This document shows positions 8,693-18,472 of a DNA stretch of 32,000 nucleotides, piece by piece. A program made the position numbers and the translations under genes. The DNA comes from Methanothermus fervidus DSM 2088 (GTDB taxonomy: Archaea > Methanobacteriota > Methanobacteria > DSM-2088 > Methanothermaceae), in assembly GCA_000166095.1 (NCBI GenBank), contig CP002278.1, positions 1,200,001 to 1,232,000 on the forward strand. The letters run 5' to 3'. Every line of letters starts with the position of its first letter. Position 1 is the first letter of the stretch. Below the pieces are notes generated by a model that did no database searches, was not told where the DNA came from, and saw only the letters and a program-made list of their open reading frames with translations.

Positions 8693-10057
8693 ATGATGGA
8701 CATTGGAAAATTAGAAAAATTAACTTTGGAGTTAGAGAAAAAAGTTGAATATGTTGATGTTAGTGCAACTCAAATATCTACAAATTCCATTGTTATGAAG
8801 GATGGAAACATTCAAGAAATAAAATCAGGGATTGAAAGTGGTATAAGAGTGAGAGTAATTAAAAATGGAATGTGGAAGATAGGATTTTTTAGGGGCACTG
8901 ATGATATAGATTATATGTATAAAAGAATGGTTAAGGTAGTTGGTTCAGGCAGTGTTGCATTAGCAAAATGTGATCCAATAGTCGGCAATTTTAAATCACC
9001 AATGAAAATAAATCCTTCTGATGTACCGATAGATGAAAAAAAGGAAATGGTAGTGGAAGTTGAAAAAGCTGCAAATATTAAAAAGGTTGTAAGCACCGCA
9101 GTAAATTATGTAGATGTAAATGTAAAAAATGTATTCTTAAGTTCTGAAGGTGCAAACGCTAGTAAAAATGAATCTAAAGTTGCATTATTTATCAATGCAG
9201 TTGCATCTGATGGTAAAACCTTACAATTTAGCAGTGATAGAATTGGAAATGTTGGTGGATTTGAAATTATTAAACAAGCTGATTTAGAAAAACTTGGCAG
9301 AAAAGTTGGAAAAAATGCTGTAGAGCTGTTATCTGCTGAATCACCGCCTTCAGGTAGATTTACAATTGTAACAGATTGTGAACTCACAGGAGTTTTTATA
9401 CATGAAGCTGTTGGACATGCATCAGAAGCAGACATTGTCCTTAAAAATGATTCTATTTTAAAAAACAAAATTGGGAAGAAAATAGGATCTGAATTAGTTA
9501 CAATAATTGATGATCCAACTACTAATGGATTTGGATATTATGTATATGATTCTGAAGGTGTGAAGGCATCTCCAACAACAATTATGAAAAATGGTATTTT
9601 AAAATCCTTTATAAATTCCAGAGAGACTGCTTATCAATTAAATATGAATCCTACTGGAAATGCAAGAGCAGCTTTTGGCCACGAACCTCTTGTTAGAATG
9701 AGTAATACTTATTTGAAGCCCCGAGATCAAAGCTTCGATGAATTAATTGAAGATGTTAAAGAAGGAGTATATCTAAAAGGTTCAAGAGGAGGACAAGTAG
9801 ATACTACTCGAGGTACATTCCAATTTAATGCTGAGAGATCATTTAAAATTGAAAATGGGAGGATAACTACTCCATTAAGAGATGTATCGATGTCTGGTAA
9901 TATACTAGAAGTTCTTAAAAACGTCGATGCTGTTGGCTCAGATTTTAAAATTAATGCTGGTTTTTGTGGAAAATATGGACAGACAGTAGCCGTAGGTGAT
10001 GGGGGCCCACACATAAGAATTAAAAATGTGTTGATAGGTGGAAAAAATGTTATCTGA
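8693..10057 (+). CDS. TldD/PmbA-family metalloprotease
   Basis: An HExxxH motif ([13 protein letters not shown]) sits within TldD-like sequence, with the C-terminal [19 protein letters not shown] and [15 protein letters not shown]. The track ORF starts at a TTG (8684). ATG codons at 8693 and 8696 are more likely starts; the start is uncertain. Confidence 0.8.
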   Translation: MMDIGKLEKLTLELEKKVEYVDVSATQISTNSIVMKDGNIQEIKSGIESGIRVRVIKNGMWKIGFFRGTDDIDYMYKRMVKVVGSGSVALAKCDPIVGNFKSPMKINPSDVPIDEKKEMVVEVEKAANIKKVVSTAVNYVDVNVKNVFLSSEGANASKNESKVALFINAVASDGKTLQFSSDRIGNVGGFEIIKQADLEKLGRKVGKNAVELLSAESPPSGRFTIVTDCELTGVFIHEAVGHASEADIVLKNDSILKNKIGKKIGSELVTIIDDPTTNGFGYYVYDSEGVKASPTTIMKNGILKSFINSRETAYQLNMNPTGNARAAFGHEPLVRMSNTYLKPRDQSFDELIEDVKEGVYLKGSRGGQVDTTRGTFQFNAERSFKIENGRITTPLRDVSMSGNILEVLKNVDAVGSDFKINAGFCGKYGQTVAVGDGGPHIRIKNVLIGGKNVI

Positions 10058-10610
10058 AGAAGAAGGTGAATTTTTAATAAAATTAGCAAGAAAAAGTATA
10101 GAAGAATATGTAAAGAATGGTAAAAAAATAGATCCTCCAAAAGAACTTCCTAAATCACTAACAGAGAAGAGAGGAGTATTTGTAACATTGAAAAAAAATG
10201 GTGAGTTGAGAGGTTGTATTGGATATCCAGAGCCAATAAAACCTTTGGCAGAGGCAACAATTGATTCTGCAATATCTTCTGCGACATCTGACCCAAGATT
10301 TCCACCACTTAAGCCTGCAGAATTAAAAGAGATATCTATTGAGGTAAGTGTTTTAACAAAACCAAAACTTGTGGAAGTAGAAAATCCACAAGAATATCTC
10401 AAAAAAATAAAAATAGGTAAGGATGGTATAATTGTTGAAAAAGGCTTTAACAAGGGTTTATTACTACCACAAGTTCCAGTAGAACAGAATTGGGATGTAG
10501 AAGAATTTTTATGCAATGCATGCATGAAAGCAGGATTGCCACCTGATTGTTGGTTTGATTCTGAAACTCGGATATATAAGTTTCAAGCACAGATATTTGA
10601 GGAGAAATAA
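10038..10610 (+). CDS. AMMECR1 domain protein
   Basis: The core is [22 protein letters not shown]...DPRFPPL...LLLPQV, a classic AMMECR1 core. It overlaps the TldD stop by 20 nt. Confidence 0.85.
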   Translation: MEKMLSEEEGEFLIKLARKSIEEYVKNGKKIDPPKELPKSLTEKRGVFVTLKKNGELRGCIGYPEPIKPLAEATIDSAISSATSDPRFPPLKPAELKEISIEVSVLTKPKLVEVENPQEYLKKIKIGKDGIIVEKGFNKGLLLPQVPVEQNWDVEEFLCNACMKAGLPPDCWFDSETRIYKFQAQIFEEK

Positions 10611-10612
10611 AT

Positions 10613-11620
10613 GTGATAATACCGGACATACCTACCTACAAAGAAATTTTAGATAAAGCATTTAGTAGAGCTAGGAAATCTGGAGAAAAATTAAGGACGC
10701 TTAGAATACCAAGAAATGTGAAATATAGACGTATAGAAGAGACTAAAATTCAAACTGCATGTGATGTAATGATTTCTACCCTTAAACGTATTTTGGATAA
10801 GACACCAATAATTGATGAACTTCCAGAATTTTATCAAGATTATATTGATGTTACTGTAGGCATTGATGAATTAAAGAAATCTCTAGGTGCTATAAATCGA
10901 GCAATTAAAATAATATCACAATTAAAAAGAGAATACACAAAGCGTATAAAATTTTCAAGTCCTAAAGAAGCATATAAATTAAGAAGGGAAATATATGGGA
11001 GAATATCTTCCGTTATAAAAGAAATAAAAGATGATCTTGATTTTTTAGATTTTGCAAAAAATAGGTTAAAAAACATGCCTACTATAGATTTTGATGCAGT
11101 AACTGTTGTAATTGCAGGTTATCCAAATGTAGGTAAATCAACTTTGTTAAGAAAACTTACTGGAGCAAATCCTGAAGTTGCTGAATATCCTTTCACAACG
11201 AAAGGTATACAGATAGGGTATAGAAAAATTGGGTGGGGAAAACTACAGGTTGTGGATACTCCAGGATTGTTGGATAGACCTGTAGATAAAATGAATGAAA
11301 TAGAATTACAAGCGTTAGTAGCTCTTGAAAACCTTGCAGATCTTATGATTTTCATTTTTGATCCCTCTGAAACTTGTGGATACCCATTAGAAAAACAATT
11401 TGCATTATATAAAAATTTAAGGAAAGTTTTTAATGTTCCTATAATTTCTGTTTTTAATAAAATAGATTTGGTAGAAAATCTTAAATATTTGAAAAAATAT
11501 ATTAACAAAGTAGAAAATCCAATTTTAGTATCTGCTACAGAAGGAAAAGGACTAAAAAAATTAATAGCTAAGTTGGAGGAATTGTATGAAAGATTGGAAA
11601 GAAAAATTTGGAAAACCTGA
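10613..11620 (+). CDS. Nog1/Obg-superfamily GTPase (archaeal NOG1 homologue)
   Basis: G1 GYPNVGKSTLLRKLT, G3 DTPGLLDRP and G4 NKIDL are present, with a NOG1-type N-terminal helical region. It uses a GTG start with GAGGAG about 9 nt upstream. Confidence 0.8.
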   Translation: MIIPDIPTYKEILDKAFSRARKSGEKLRTLRIPRNVKYRRIEETKIQTACDVMISTLKRILDKTPIIDELPEFYQDYIDVTVGIDELKKSLGAINRAIKIISQLKREYTKRIKFSSPKEAYKLRREIYGRISSVIKEIKDDLDFLDFAKNRLKNMPTIDFDAVTVVIAGYPNVGKSTLLRKLTGANPEVAEYPFTTKGIQIGYRKIGWGKLQVVDTPGLLDRPVDKMNEIELQALVALENLADLMIFIFDPSETCGYPLEKQFALYKNLRKVFNVPIISVFNKIDLVENLKYLKKYINKVENPILVSATEGKGLKKLIAKLEELYERLERKIWKT

Positions 11621-11645
11621 AGAGTTCTTCAGGAGGAGAGGCTTT

Positions 11646-12062
11646 ATGATAGATAAAATGATGGAAGACATGATAAACACAATGAAAAAGATGCATGAAG
11701 AGTTTGAAAGAAGATTGTCAGAATATACAGAATTTTTACCAGCTAAACCTTCTGTTGACGTTATTGATGCTGAAGACAAGATAATAGTTAAAACTGATCT
11801 TCCTGGTGTAAAAAAGGAAGATTTAGATGTAAAGGTTTCAGAAGATACTGTAACAATTAGTGCTAATGTTAGGGAAGAATTAGAAGTTGAAAAAGGAAAC
11901 TACTTTAAAAAAGAGAGAAGATATGGAGAAGCTCACAGGGAAGTAAAATTACCAGCAAAAGTTAAACCAAAAGAAGCTAAAGCAAAATTTGAAAATGGAG
12001 TATTAACAATAGAAATTCCTAAAAAAGAAGTAAAGGAAAAAGTTAGTGTTAAAATCGAGTAA
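11646..12062 (+). CDS. Small heat shock protein, Hsp20/alpha-crystallin family
   Basis: The alpha-crystallin domain reads DVIDAEDKIIVKTDLPGVKKEDLDVKV...AKFENGVLTIEIPKK, similar to the Hsp16.5 type. I prefer the ATG at 11646 because AGGAGGAGAGG (11631-11641) sits directly upstream. The track start 11586 would overlap the GTPase gene by 35 nt. Confidence 0.85.
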   Translation: MIDKMMEDMINTMKKMHEEFERRLSEYTEFLPAKPSVDVIDAEDKIIVKTDLPGVKKEDLDVKVSEDTVTISANVREELEVEKGNYFKKERRYGEAHREVKLPAKVKPKEAKAKFENGVLTIEIPKKEVKEKVSVKIE

Positions 12063-12669
12063 CTTGCTGCATTATATACTTCATAACCTCTTTATCTTTT
12101 TTTGTTCCAACTTTTTTAACGAGTTTTTTCATTTCTTTTATACGTTCTATATACCTTTCTCTAGTCTTTTTATCAGCAATTTTAAACCTACTTGAATATA
12201 TTAAAGATTCAATTATTGCATAAGTTGCGCGATTCAATGGTTTAATGCAATTTTTCATGATAATTTCTTTAACTTTTGCATTTACTAAGTATAGAGTAGA
12301 TTTTCCCAATGAATCTTTTTTATTTATTTTTCTTGTTTTATAAACAACGTTTGTGAAAAATGCATCTGCATCTTTTAAAACGACATATCCTTTATATTTT
12401 TTAAAATAATTAAGTTTTAAATCTGTAAATGTTGACAATGCAAAAATGCATGGATCATCTAAAATGTTAACTGCAAATTTTCCTTCTCTTAATATATTAT
12501 TGAGAGTGTGTGTGCCTTCATAGAGGTATAAGGTTATTTCTTTTTCATTTCTACATAATACACCAATTGGCGCTGCATTACCACTTCCATCTTCATTTAC
12601 TGTTGTAACTATTGTTTCATAAAGTGCTCCCCGCTCCATTTTTAATTTACTTAGTCCTAAATTTTGCAT
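12049..12669 (-). CDS. DUF447-like FMN-binding split-barrel family protein (function unknown; family linked by neighbourhood to tetrahydromethanopterin biosynthesis)
   Basis: 206 aa. The N-terminal YETIVTTVNEDGSGNAAPIGV matches my memory of the DUF447 pattern. The family assignment is from memory only. Confidence 0.5.
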   Translation of the reverse strand: MQNLGLSKLKMERGALYETIVTTVNEDGSGNAAPIGVLCRNEKEITLYLYEGTHTLNNILREGKFAVNILDDPCIFALSTFTDLKLNYFKKYKGYVVLKDADAFFTNVVYKTRKINKKDSLGKSTLYLVNAKVKEIIMKNCIKPLNRATYAIIESLIYSSRFKIADKKTRERYIERIKEMKKLVKKVGTKKDKEVMKYIMQQVTRF

Positions 12670-13139
12670 TATTTAAGCACCGAACCTTTAATTACAGCAT
12701 CAATAATACAATCAAAATTTATTTCTTTATGCCAGCCAGCTTTTCTAAATACATCCATAAAACAAGCCCCTATAATTTTACCTTCCTCTGTCAAAACATT
12801 GTTTATTAACTTTTTAACTTCTTCAACATCTACACCAATTTTCGGCATTGCAAGACCGCCAAGCAACACTAAAGCATCTGCTTTTGCTTCAACCTTCTCA
12901 CCTAATTCTACGCCATAAGAAGTCAAAATTAATTTCCTTGCCTTTTTTACATCAGTATTGGGGATAAATATATTATCTTTATCCCTTAATGCATATGCAA
13001 ACAATTGTGCAAATGGTGTACAAACTCCTGGAACACCAGCATAAGCAATTTTTTTACAACCCCCCACTGCCTCTTTCAATGCATTAAGATTTCCTTTTAT
13101 GCCTTTAAATTCACTTATCTTCTTCAATTCTCTCACCAA
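12669..13139 (-). CDS. Conserved hypothetical protein (possibly DUF2124-type, archaeal/methanogen)
   Basis: A 156-aa ORF with good coding character. Its stop overlaps the next gene's start as TAATG. I see no recognisable catalytic motif. The family name is a low-confidence recollection. Confidence 0.45.
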   Translation of the reverse strand: MVRELKKISEFKGIKGNLNALKEAVGGCKKIAYAGVPGVCTPFAQLFAYALRDKDNIFIPNTDVKKARKLILTSYGVELGEKVEAKADALVLLGGLAMPKIGVDVEEVKKLINNVLTEEGKIIGACFMDVFRKAGWHKEINFDCIIDAVIKGSVLK

Positions 13140-13197
13140 AAAATATTTTTTATTATTTATAAAAAAACGGTATTGATAAATTTTAGGATTGGTTCAT

Positions 13198-13755
13198 ATG
13201 AAAGAAATTGTCATGCTTAAAAAAGCATTAAAAATATTAACATACTCTAAAGCTTTTGCTTTTCTTATACCTGAAACAGGGACAAATATTGTAATGTCAA
13301 AGAAAAATCCAAAAAATAAGGAAGATATAGCAGGGATTCCAGGAAGAATAAGAAAATTTAAGGATAAAGCTATAGTATGTGAAGATCCAAAATTTGGCGC
13401 TTCCTCACATCTCGCAAATTTGATTTTGACATTGCAAAAATACGATCCTGAAAAAAGAAGTGCTATAAACATTAAATATGATAAAAAAATTATTAAAATA
13501 GCTAAGGATATAAACTTAACAATATCAAGTTATGATAGAAGAGAGGAGCCAAAGAAAATTAAGGAAAAGGAAGGAAGTACGATATCTTGGGGTGCCAAAG
13601 CAGCTATAGACAAAATTGGCCAAATTCCAGATTTAATATATCACAAAGGAGATTGGGGAAAAGAACCAATGATAAATATTGTTGGGACTGATCCAATCAA
13701 TTTAGCTAAGTTAACAGTAAAAATTGCCAAAATTTATGTTGGTGAAAAGATATGA
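13198..13755 (+). CDS. ThiN-type thiamine-phosphate synthase family protein (COG1992-like)
   Basis: [10 protein letters not shown] and IAGIPGRI resemble the ThiN domain of archaeal ThiDN. The track ORF begins at a TTG (13189); the ATG at 13198 is more likely. Confidence 0.5.
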   Translation: MKEIVMLKKALKILTYSKAFAFLIPETGTNIVMSKKNPKNKEDIAGIPGRIRKFKDKAIVCEDPKFGASSHLANLILTLQKYDPEKRSAINIKYDKKIIKIAKDINLTISSYDRREEPKKIKEKEGSTISWGAKAAIDKIGQIPDLIYHKGDWGKEPMINIVGTDPINLAKLTVKIAKIYVGEKI

Positions 13756-14759
13756 AATATAAGATGTATAATGAACTTCAAGACCAACCAAAATCTATTA
13801 TAAATACTTTAAAACATGAAAAGTCCCATATGAAGGAAATTTCTGAAAAATTTAAAGATTTTGACAAAATATATCTTGTTGGATGTGGTAGTTCCTTGTC
13901 AACTTGTTATTCTGTCAGAGATGCATTGTCAATGCTCTATGACACAAATATCGAAGTATTTACAGGATATGAGTTTTTTTATCATAAAAAAATTTCAAAT
14001 AAAAATGCAGGAGTAATTTTTACCTCACAATCTGGGGAAACTGTAGATACAATAGCTGCTCTCAGAAAATCACAAAAAATAGGAATTGAAAATGTGGTAA
14101 TAACAAACGAAAAAAATAGTACGATGGCTAAAGAGTGCAATGATGTCATATTAACAAGATGTGGTCGTGAAAGTGCAATTGTGGCAACCAAAACATATGT
14201 AACACAACTTTTCTCACTTTATTATATATTGTTTGGAATGAAAGAAAATAAAAAAATAATAAAGGAGTTAGAAGCTCTGCCAAAAATTCTTAGGAAGATT
14301 ATTGATGAGAGTGAGGAAAAAAACAAAATATTAGCTAAAAAATACAAAGATAAAGAAATATTTTATTGTATTGGCAGTGGACCAAATTATGGTCTTGCAT
14401 ATAAATTGGCAATGACTATGTTAATGGAAGGTGCCCACAAACATGCATGCCCTCTATATTCTGGTGAATTTAAACATAGCTTAGTTGAAAGAATTGAGAA
14501 TGGAATTCCAGTAATAATATTAAATGCAGATTTTCCAGGCGATAAATTAACAATTCAGGCACTGGAATTCTGTAAAAAAGTAGGTGCTGACGTATTATTA
14601 TATGATATGAAGGATTATTGCGACATAGATAAATTACTTTCGCCATTTGTTTTAGTTTGTCCTTTAGAGTGGTTTGTATATTATTTGGCACACTATAATG
14701 GTAAAGATCCAGGTAGTACGCGCCATATAGATAAAATAAGAAATAATGATGATTTATAA
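13752..14759 (+). CDS. Double-SIS-domain sugar-phosphate isomerase/aminotransferase-like protein (GlmS isomerase-domain-like, no glutaminase domain)
   Basis: [14 protein letters not shown] and [19 protein letters not shown] are SIS motifs, and a second SIS-like half follows ([22 protein letters not shown]). The start overlaps the upstream stop by 4 nt (ATGA). Confidence 0.75.
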   Translation: MKYKMYNELQDQPKSIINTLKHEKSHMKEISEKFKDFDKIYLVGCGSSLSTCYSVRDALSMLYDTNIEVFTGYEFFYHKKISNKNAGVIFTSQSGETVDTIAALRKSQKIGIENVVITNEKNSTMAKECNDVILTRCGRESAIVATKTYVTQLFSLYYILFGMKENKKIIKELEALPKILRKIIDESEEKNKILAKKYKDKEIFYCIGSGPNYGLAYKLAMTMLMEGAHKHACPLYSGEFKHSLVERIENGIPVIILNADFPGDKLTIQALEFCKKVGADVLLYDMKDYCDIDKLLSPFVLVCPLEWFVYYLAHYNGKDPGSTRHIDKIRNNDDL

Positions 14760-14773
14760 GGGGATGTGGAAAT

Positions 14774-14974
14774 ATGGGTAACCTTAGGTATTTAGTTATT
14801 TTAATTCTTTTTATAGCGGTTATTGCCTTTATTTGTGGTTCAGTAGTTGGAATTGTTATCGGAATTTCTGAAAACTTCAAAAATTATGGAACCATGAAAA
14901 TAAACCAATACAATATAACATTTCCATTTCATCTAACTAAAGTTATGGAAAATTCTTTCTGCTTAGAAAAATAG
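14774..14974 (+). CDS. Small hypothetical membrane protein (66 aa, one predicted TM helix)
   Basis: YLVILILFIAVIAFICGSVVGIVIGI is a clear hydrophobic helix. GGGGATGTGG lies just upstream of the ATG. The ORF fills the only gap between the SIS gene and argJ on the same strand. I recognise no homology. Confidence 0.35.
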   Translation: MGNLRYLVILILFIAVIAFICGSVVGIVIGISENFKNYGTMKINQYNITFPFHLTKVMENSFCLEK

Positions 14975-14985
14975 GAAGGGATAAA

Positions 14986-16164
14986 TTGCAAAGGGTAAAT
15001 GGTGGAGTATGCACAGTCAAAAACATTAAAGCATCAGGATGTAAAAATGGAAAACATGGTGTTGGAATTTTATTAACAAAAAATTGTGAGGCTGCAGGGG
15101 TTTTTACAAAAAATAAAATAAAAGCAGCCCCTGTTAGATTAACAAAAAAAGTATTAAGAGATGGGAAACTTTCTGCAATAGTTGCCAATAGTGGCAATGC
15201 AAATTGTTTTACAGGTAAAAAAGGCATGGAAGATGCTATAAAAATGCAGGAAATAACTGCTGAGAAACTAAATTTAGATCCAAATGAGGTTGCAGTTGCA
15301 TCAACAGGTATAATTGGTTTAAGAATGCCAATGGAAAAAATAATTCCTCTTATAAATAAAGCATCTTTAAAATTAAATAATTCCCCAAAAGCTTCAAGAA
15401 AATTTGCAAAAGCAATAATGACAACAGATACATTTCCAAAAGAGTTCGCTGTTGAATTCAGGCTTAAAAATGGTGAAAAATGTAGAATTGGTGGAGTAGC
15501 TAAAGGTGCTGGTATGATATCTCCAAATATGGCTACTATGTTATCCTTTATAACCACAGATATAGATGCTAGCGCAGATGAATTATATGAGTCTCTAAAG
15601 ATTGCTGTAGATCGTAGTTTTAATATGGTGGTTGTTGATGGCGATCAAAGCACTAATGACATGGTATTAATTTCTTCAACTAGAGAATCTGGAGAAATTG
15701 ATGAAAAGTTTCAAACAGCTTTAAATTTTCTTTGTGAAGAGTTAGCTAAGATGATAGCAAAGGATGGAGAAGGTGCAACAAAATTCATAGAAGTTATAGT
15801 TAAAAATGCAAAATCGTCTGAAGATGCAAAGAAAATTGCCAAATCCATTGTGTCTTCTCCACTTGTTAAGACAGCTGTTTTTGGATCTGATCCAAATGTA
15901 GGTAGAATAATAGCAGCCATAGGATCAACAAATTGCGATGTTAAGGAAGAAAAAATAAATATAAGATTAAAATCTGTTACAGATGTTAACATTGTTAAAA
16001 ATGGTGAAATAATAAAAAGTAAAATACCCTATGCAAGAAAAGTAATGAATGAAAAAGAAATTAAAATTATTGTGGATTTAAAGTTTGGAAATTCCTCAGC
16101 AAAGGCATATGGTTGTGATTTAACATATGATTATGTTAAAATAAATTCAGAATACAGTACGTGA
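14986..16164 (+). CDS. argJ: Bifunctional ornithine acetyltransferase / N-acetylglutamate synthase ArgJ
   Basis: MTTDTFPKE and [23 protein letters not shown] (the autoprocessing ATML site) are present, with the C-terminal [15 protein letters not shown]. It uses a TTG start with GGAAGGGA upstream. Confidence 0.9.
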   Translation: MQRVNGGVCTVKNIKASGCKNGKHGVGILLTKNCEAAGVFTKNKIKAAPVRLTKKVLRDGKLSAIVANSGNANCFTGKKGMEDAIKMQEITAEKLNLDPNEVAVASTGIIGLRMPMEKIIPLINKASLKLNNSPKASRKFAKAIMTTDTFPKEFAVEFRLKNGEKCRIGGVAKGAGMISPNMATMLSFITTDIDASADELYESLKIAVDRSFNMVVVDGDQSTNDMVLISSTRESGEIDEKFQTALNFLCEELAKMIAKDGEGATKFIEVIVKNAKSSEDAKKIAKSIVSSPLVKTAVFGSDPNVGRIIAAIGSTNCDVKEEKINIRLKSVTDVNIVKNGEIIKSKIPYARKVMNEKEIKIIVDLKFGNSSAKAYGCDLTYDYVKINSEYST

Positions 16165-16168
16165 TAAA

Positions 16169-17050
16169 ATGGCAAAAAAAATAGAAGTTCTTATTGAAGC
16201 ATTGCCATACATCAAGAAATTTCATAAGAAAAAAATGCTAATAAAATACGGTGGACATGCAATGATAGATGAAGATATAATGAATTCAACTGCAAGAGAC
16301 ATTGTTTTACTTAAATATGTAGGAATAGAGCCTGTTGTTGTGCATGGTGGAGGTCCAGAGATATCTAGGGCTATGAAAAAAATGGGTAAAAAACCTAAAT
16401 TTATAGACGGATTACGAATCACTGATGAAGAAACAATGGATATTGTTAAAATGGTCTTGGTTGGAAAAATAAATACTGCAATAGTTGGTACTATATGTTT
16501 CCATGGAGGCAAGGCCGTAGGATTATCAGGAAAAGATGGCCAATTGTTAATTGCAAGAAAAAAAGCTCCTCAAGTAATTACAGATAAGAGTGGTAAAAAA
16601 AGAAAAATAGACCTTGGCTTAGTTGGTGAAATCGAAGAAATAAGACCATCTATAATAAATTTACTTACAGAAAATGATTATATTCCTGTTATATCCCCCG
16701 TGGGCGTAGATAGAAATGCTAACACTTTAAATTTAAATGCAGATACAGTAGCTGGTGAAATTGCAAGTAAAATAAATGCAGAAAAATTGATAATTTTAAC
16801 TGACGTGCCTGGGATATTGGAAGATCCTAAAGATCCAGAAACACTCATTAAAAAACTTACAGTAGAAGAATTACAAGAATTGATTAAAAATGGAACTATA
16901 AGAGGAGGAATGGTTCCAAAGGCGTTGACATGTATTGAAGCTTTGAATTCTGGAGTATCTTCAGCTCATATAATTGATGGACGCATTAAACATTCATTGT
17001 TGTTGGAGATATTTACTGATGAAGGAATTGGAACTATGATAGTTCCATAA
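16169..17050 (+). CDS. argB: Acetylglutamate kinase ArgB
   Basis: [19 protein letters not shown] and [13 protein letters not shown] are present. It lies directly downstream of argJ. Confidence 0.9.
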   Translation: MAKKIEVLIEALPYIKKFHKKKMLIKYGGHAMIDEDIMNSTARDIVLLKYVGIEPVVVHGGGPEISRAMKKMGKKPKFIDGLRITDEETMDIVKMVLVGKINTAIVGTICFHGGKAVGLSGKDGQLLIARKKAPQVITDKSGKKRKIDLGLVGEIEEIRPSIINLLTENDYIPVISPVGVDRNANTLNLNADTVAGEIASKINAEKLIILTDVPGILEDPKDPETLIKKLTVEELQELIKNGTIRGGMVPKALTCIEALNSGVSSAHIIDGRIKHSLLLEIFTDEGIGTMIVP

Positions 17051-18023
17051 TTTTCTTTTTTATTTCCTCAGCCATCTCCATAGTCTTAAGATTTCCACCA
17101 AGATCAGGAGTTACCTTTCCCTCCCTAAGGACCTCAATCAAAGCATTCTCAACCAAATCACCTTCTCTCTCAAATCCAAGATGCCTCAACATCATAACTG
17201 AGGATAGGATCATTGCAGTTGGATTTGCAATCCCTTTACCTGCAATATCTGGAGCAGATCCATGTACAGGTTCGAAAAGCGAATTTTTTTCACCTATATT
17301 TGCAGATGGTGCCAATCCAAGACCACCAACTAAACCAGCAGCCTCATCAGAAAGTATGTCCCCATATAGATTTGTTGTGACCAAAACATCAAAATCTTGT
17401 GGTTTTGTTATTAGGTAGAGGGCCATTGCATCAACATAAACATCCTCAGCTTCAATCTCTGGATATCCTTCAGCAACCTCATAAAATACTTCCCTAAACA
17501 ACCCATCTGTCTTCTTAAGGACATTTGCTTTATGTACAGCAGTAACTTTTTCATTTGCAATTTTGAATGCAAACTCACAAATCCTTTCACATGCTTTCCT
17601 AGTTATAACTCTAACAGCTTCAGCTCCTTCATCTGTATATCTCTCTATTCCAGAATATAGGCACTCTGTATTCTCTCTCACTATTGTTAAGTCTATATCT
17701 TTCCTAATACATTCTATTCCAGGATAGCATTTAACTGGTCTTACATTTGCGAAGAGGTCTAGTTCTTTTCTTAAAGTTATTATTGCACTTTTTTGTCCAG
17801 GAACTGTAGTGACAGCTCCAAATAAAATAGCATCGGATTTTTTTGCCTTTTTTAAGCTTTCATCAGGTAAAGTATCTCCATATTTTTTAAAACATTCATA
17901 ACCAGCATATGCTTCTATAAATTTTATGTTGAGGTCTAGGATGGAAAGCACTGATAATGCGGCATCCATGACTTCCTTCCCTATTCCATCTCCTTTAATA
18001 ACTACAACCTTTTTCTTTCCCAT
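17034..18023 (-). CDS. Isopropylmalate/homoisocitrate dehydrogenase family enzyme (LeuB/AksF type; resembles AksF as I recall it)
   Basis: [50 protein letters not shown] and [18 protein letters not shown] are present. The track start is a TTG at 18035. The ATG at 18023 gives [15 protein letters not shown], typical of the family. It overlaps argB convergently by 17 nt. Confidence 0.8.
   Translation of the reverse strand: MGKKKVVVIKGDGIGKEVMDAALSVLSILDLNIKFIEAYAGYECFKKYGDTLPDESLKKAKKSDAILFGAVTTVPGQKSAIITLRKELDLFANVRPVKCYPGIECIRKDIDLTIVRENTECLYSGIERYTDEGAEAVRVITRKACERICEFAFKIANEKVTAVHKANVLKKTDGLFREVFYEVAEGYPEIEAEDVYVDAMALYLITKPQDFDVLVTTNLYGDILSDEAAGLVGGLGLAPSANIGEKNSLFEPVHGSAPDIAGKGIANPTAMILSSVMMLRHLGFEREGDLVENALIEVLREGKVTPDLGGNLKTMEMAEEIKKKIMELS
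17051..17065 (+). terminator. Oligo-T tract immediately after the argB stop (candidate archaeal terminator)
   Basis: TAA is followed by ttttcttttttattt. The tract lies inside the last codons (Lys-rich EEIKKKI) of the convergent dehydrogenase gene. Confidence 0.3.
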
Positions 18024-18133
18024 ATTCTCAACCAAATTTTTTATTCATAACTAAATTTAAGGTCAGTTGTGAAAATAAGTATATAGTAACTTATGTGAAG
18101 TGGTAATGTAATGGATGGAAGTAGGTGAGTCAC

Positions 18134-18463
18134 ATGAAAGTTCATTTACAAATTTTTGTTGAGATAGAAAATTTGGGACGTGTAATAAATATACTTTCTA
18201 AGGAAGGAGTTACAGGATTTTATTTAATTGAATATAGGGGAGTATCTCCACAGGAATGGGAAGGTTTTACAATTCAAGAAGATCCAAAATCTGTTGTATC
18301 ATTTATTAAAGATGTTGCACAAAATGCTATACTGGTATCTTGTGTAGTTGATAAAGAAAAGGCATATGATATTAGAAAAGAAATAAACAGGAAATTAAGC
18401 GATGTAAAATATACAATAATGGAAATTCCAATAAAAAGCATTGTTGTAAATTTTGCTGATTAG
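18134..18463 (+). CDS. Small P-II-like (GlnB-fold-like) protein of unknown function
   Basis: The beta-alpha-beta pattern KVHLQIFVEIENLGRVINILSKEGVTGFYLIEYRG is followed by a loop and a second beta-alpha-beta. The assignment is by pattern only. The ATG at 18134 has GGTGA 5 nt upstream; the track used a GTG at 18125. Confidence 0.4.
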   Translation: MKVHLQIFVEIENLGRVINILSKEGVTGFYLIEYRGVSPQEWEGFTIQEDPKSVVSFIKDVAQNAILVSCVVDKEKAYDIRKEINRKLSDVKYTIMEIPIKSIVVNFAD

Positions 18464-18472
18464 GTGATAAGT

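Noticed and set aside
9727-10525. Long antisense ORFs (9727..10140 -, 9938..10525 -, 195 aa) opposite the TldD and AMMECR1 genes
   Set aside because: The sense-strand genes have strong family motifs. The antisense translations are S/F/I/L-rich low-complexity sequence, typical of shadow frames in AT-rich genomes.
11586-11645. Upstream ATG that would give Hsp20 a 20-aa N-terminal extension overlapping the GTPase gene by 35 nt
   Set aside because: A strong AGGAGGAGAGG RBS directly precedes the internal ATG at 11646, and the shorter product matches typical sHSP length. The longer form cannot be excluded without N-terminal data.
14943-15557. 204-aa antisense ORF opposite argJ. Similar antisense ORFs occur at 28335..28709 + and 28815..29321 + (opposite hypE), 29303..29740 + (opposite cbiT), 29941..30336 + (opposite ubiX), 26831..27259 +, and 8208..8561 +
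   Set aside because: Each overlaps a confidently identified gene on the other strand and has a hydrophobic or low-complexity composition without motifs. I judge them non-coding.
17034-18035. Visibly higher GC in the dehydrogenase gene than in its neighbours, as a possible sign of horizontal transfer
   Set aside because: This is more simply explained by strong amino-acid conservation (Gly/Ala/Pro-rich motifs) in a core enzyme. The flanks show no mobility signatures. I did not compute GC.
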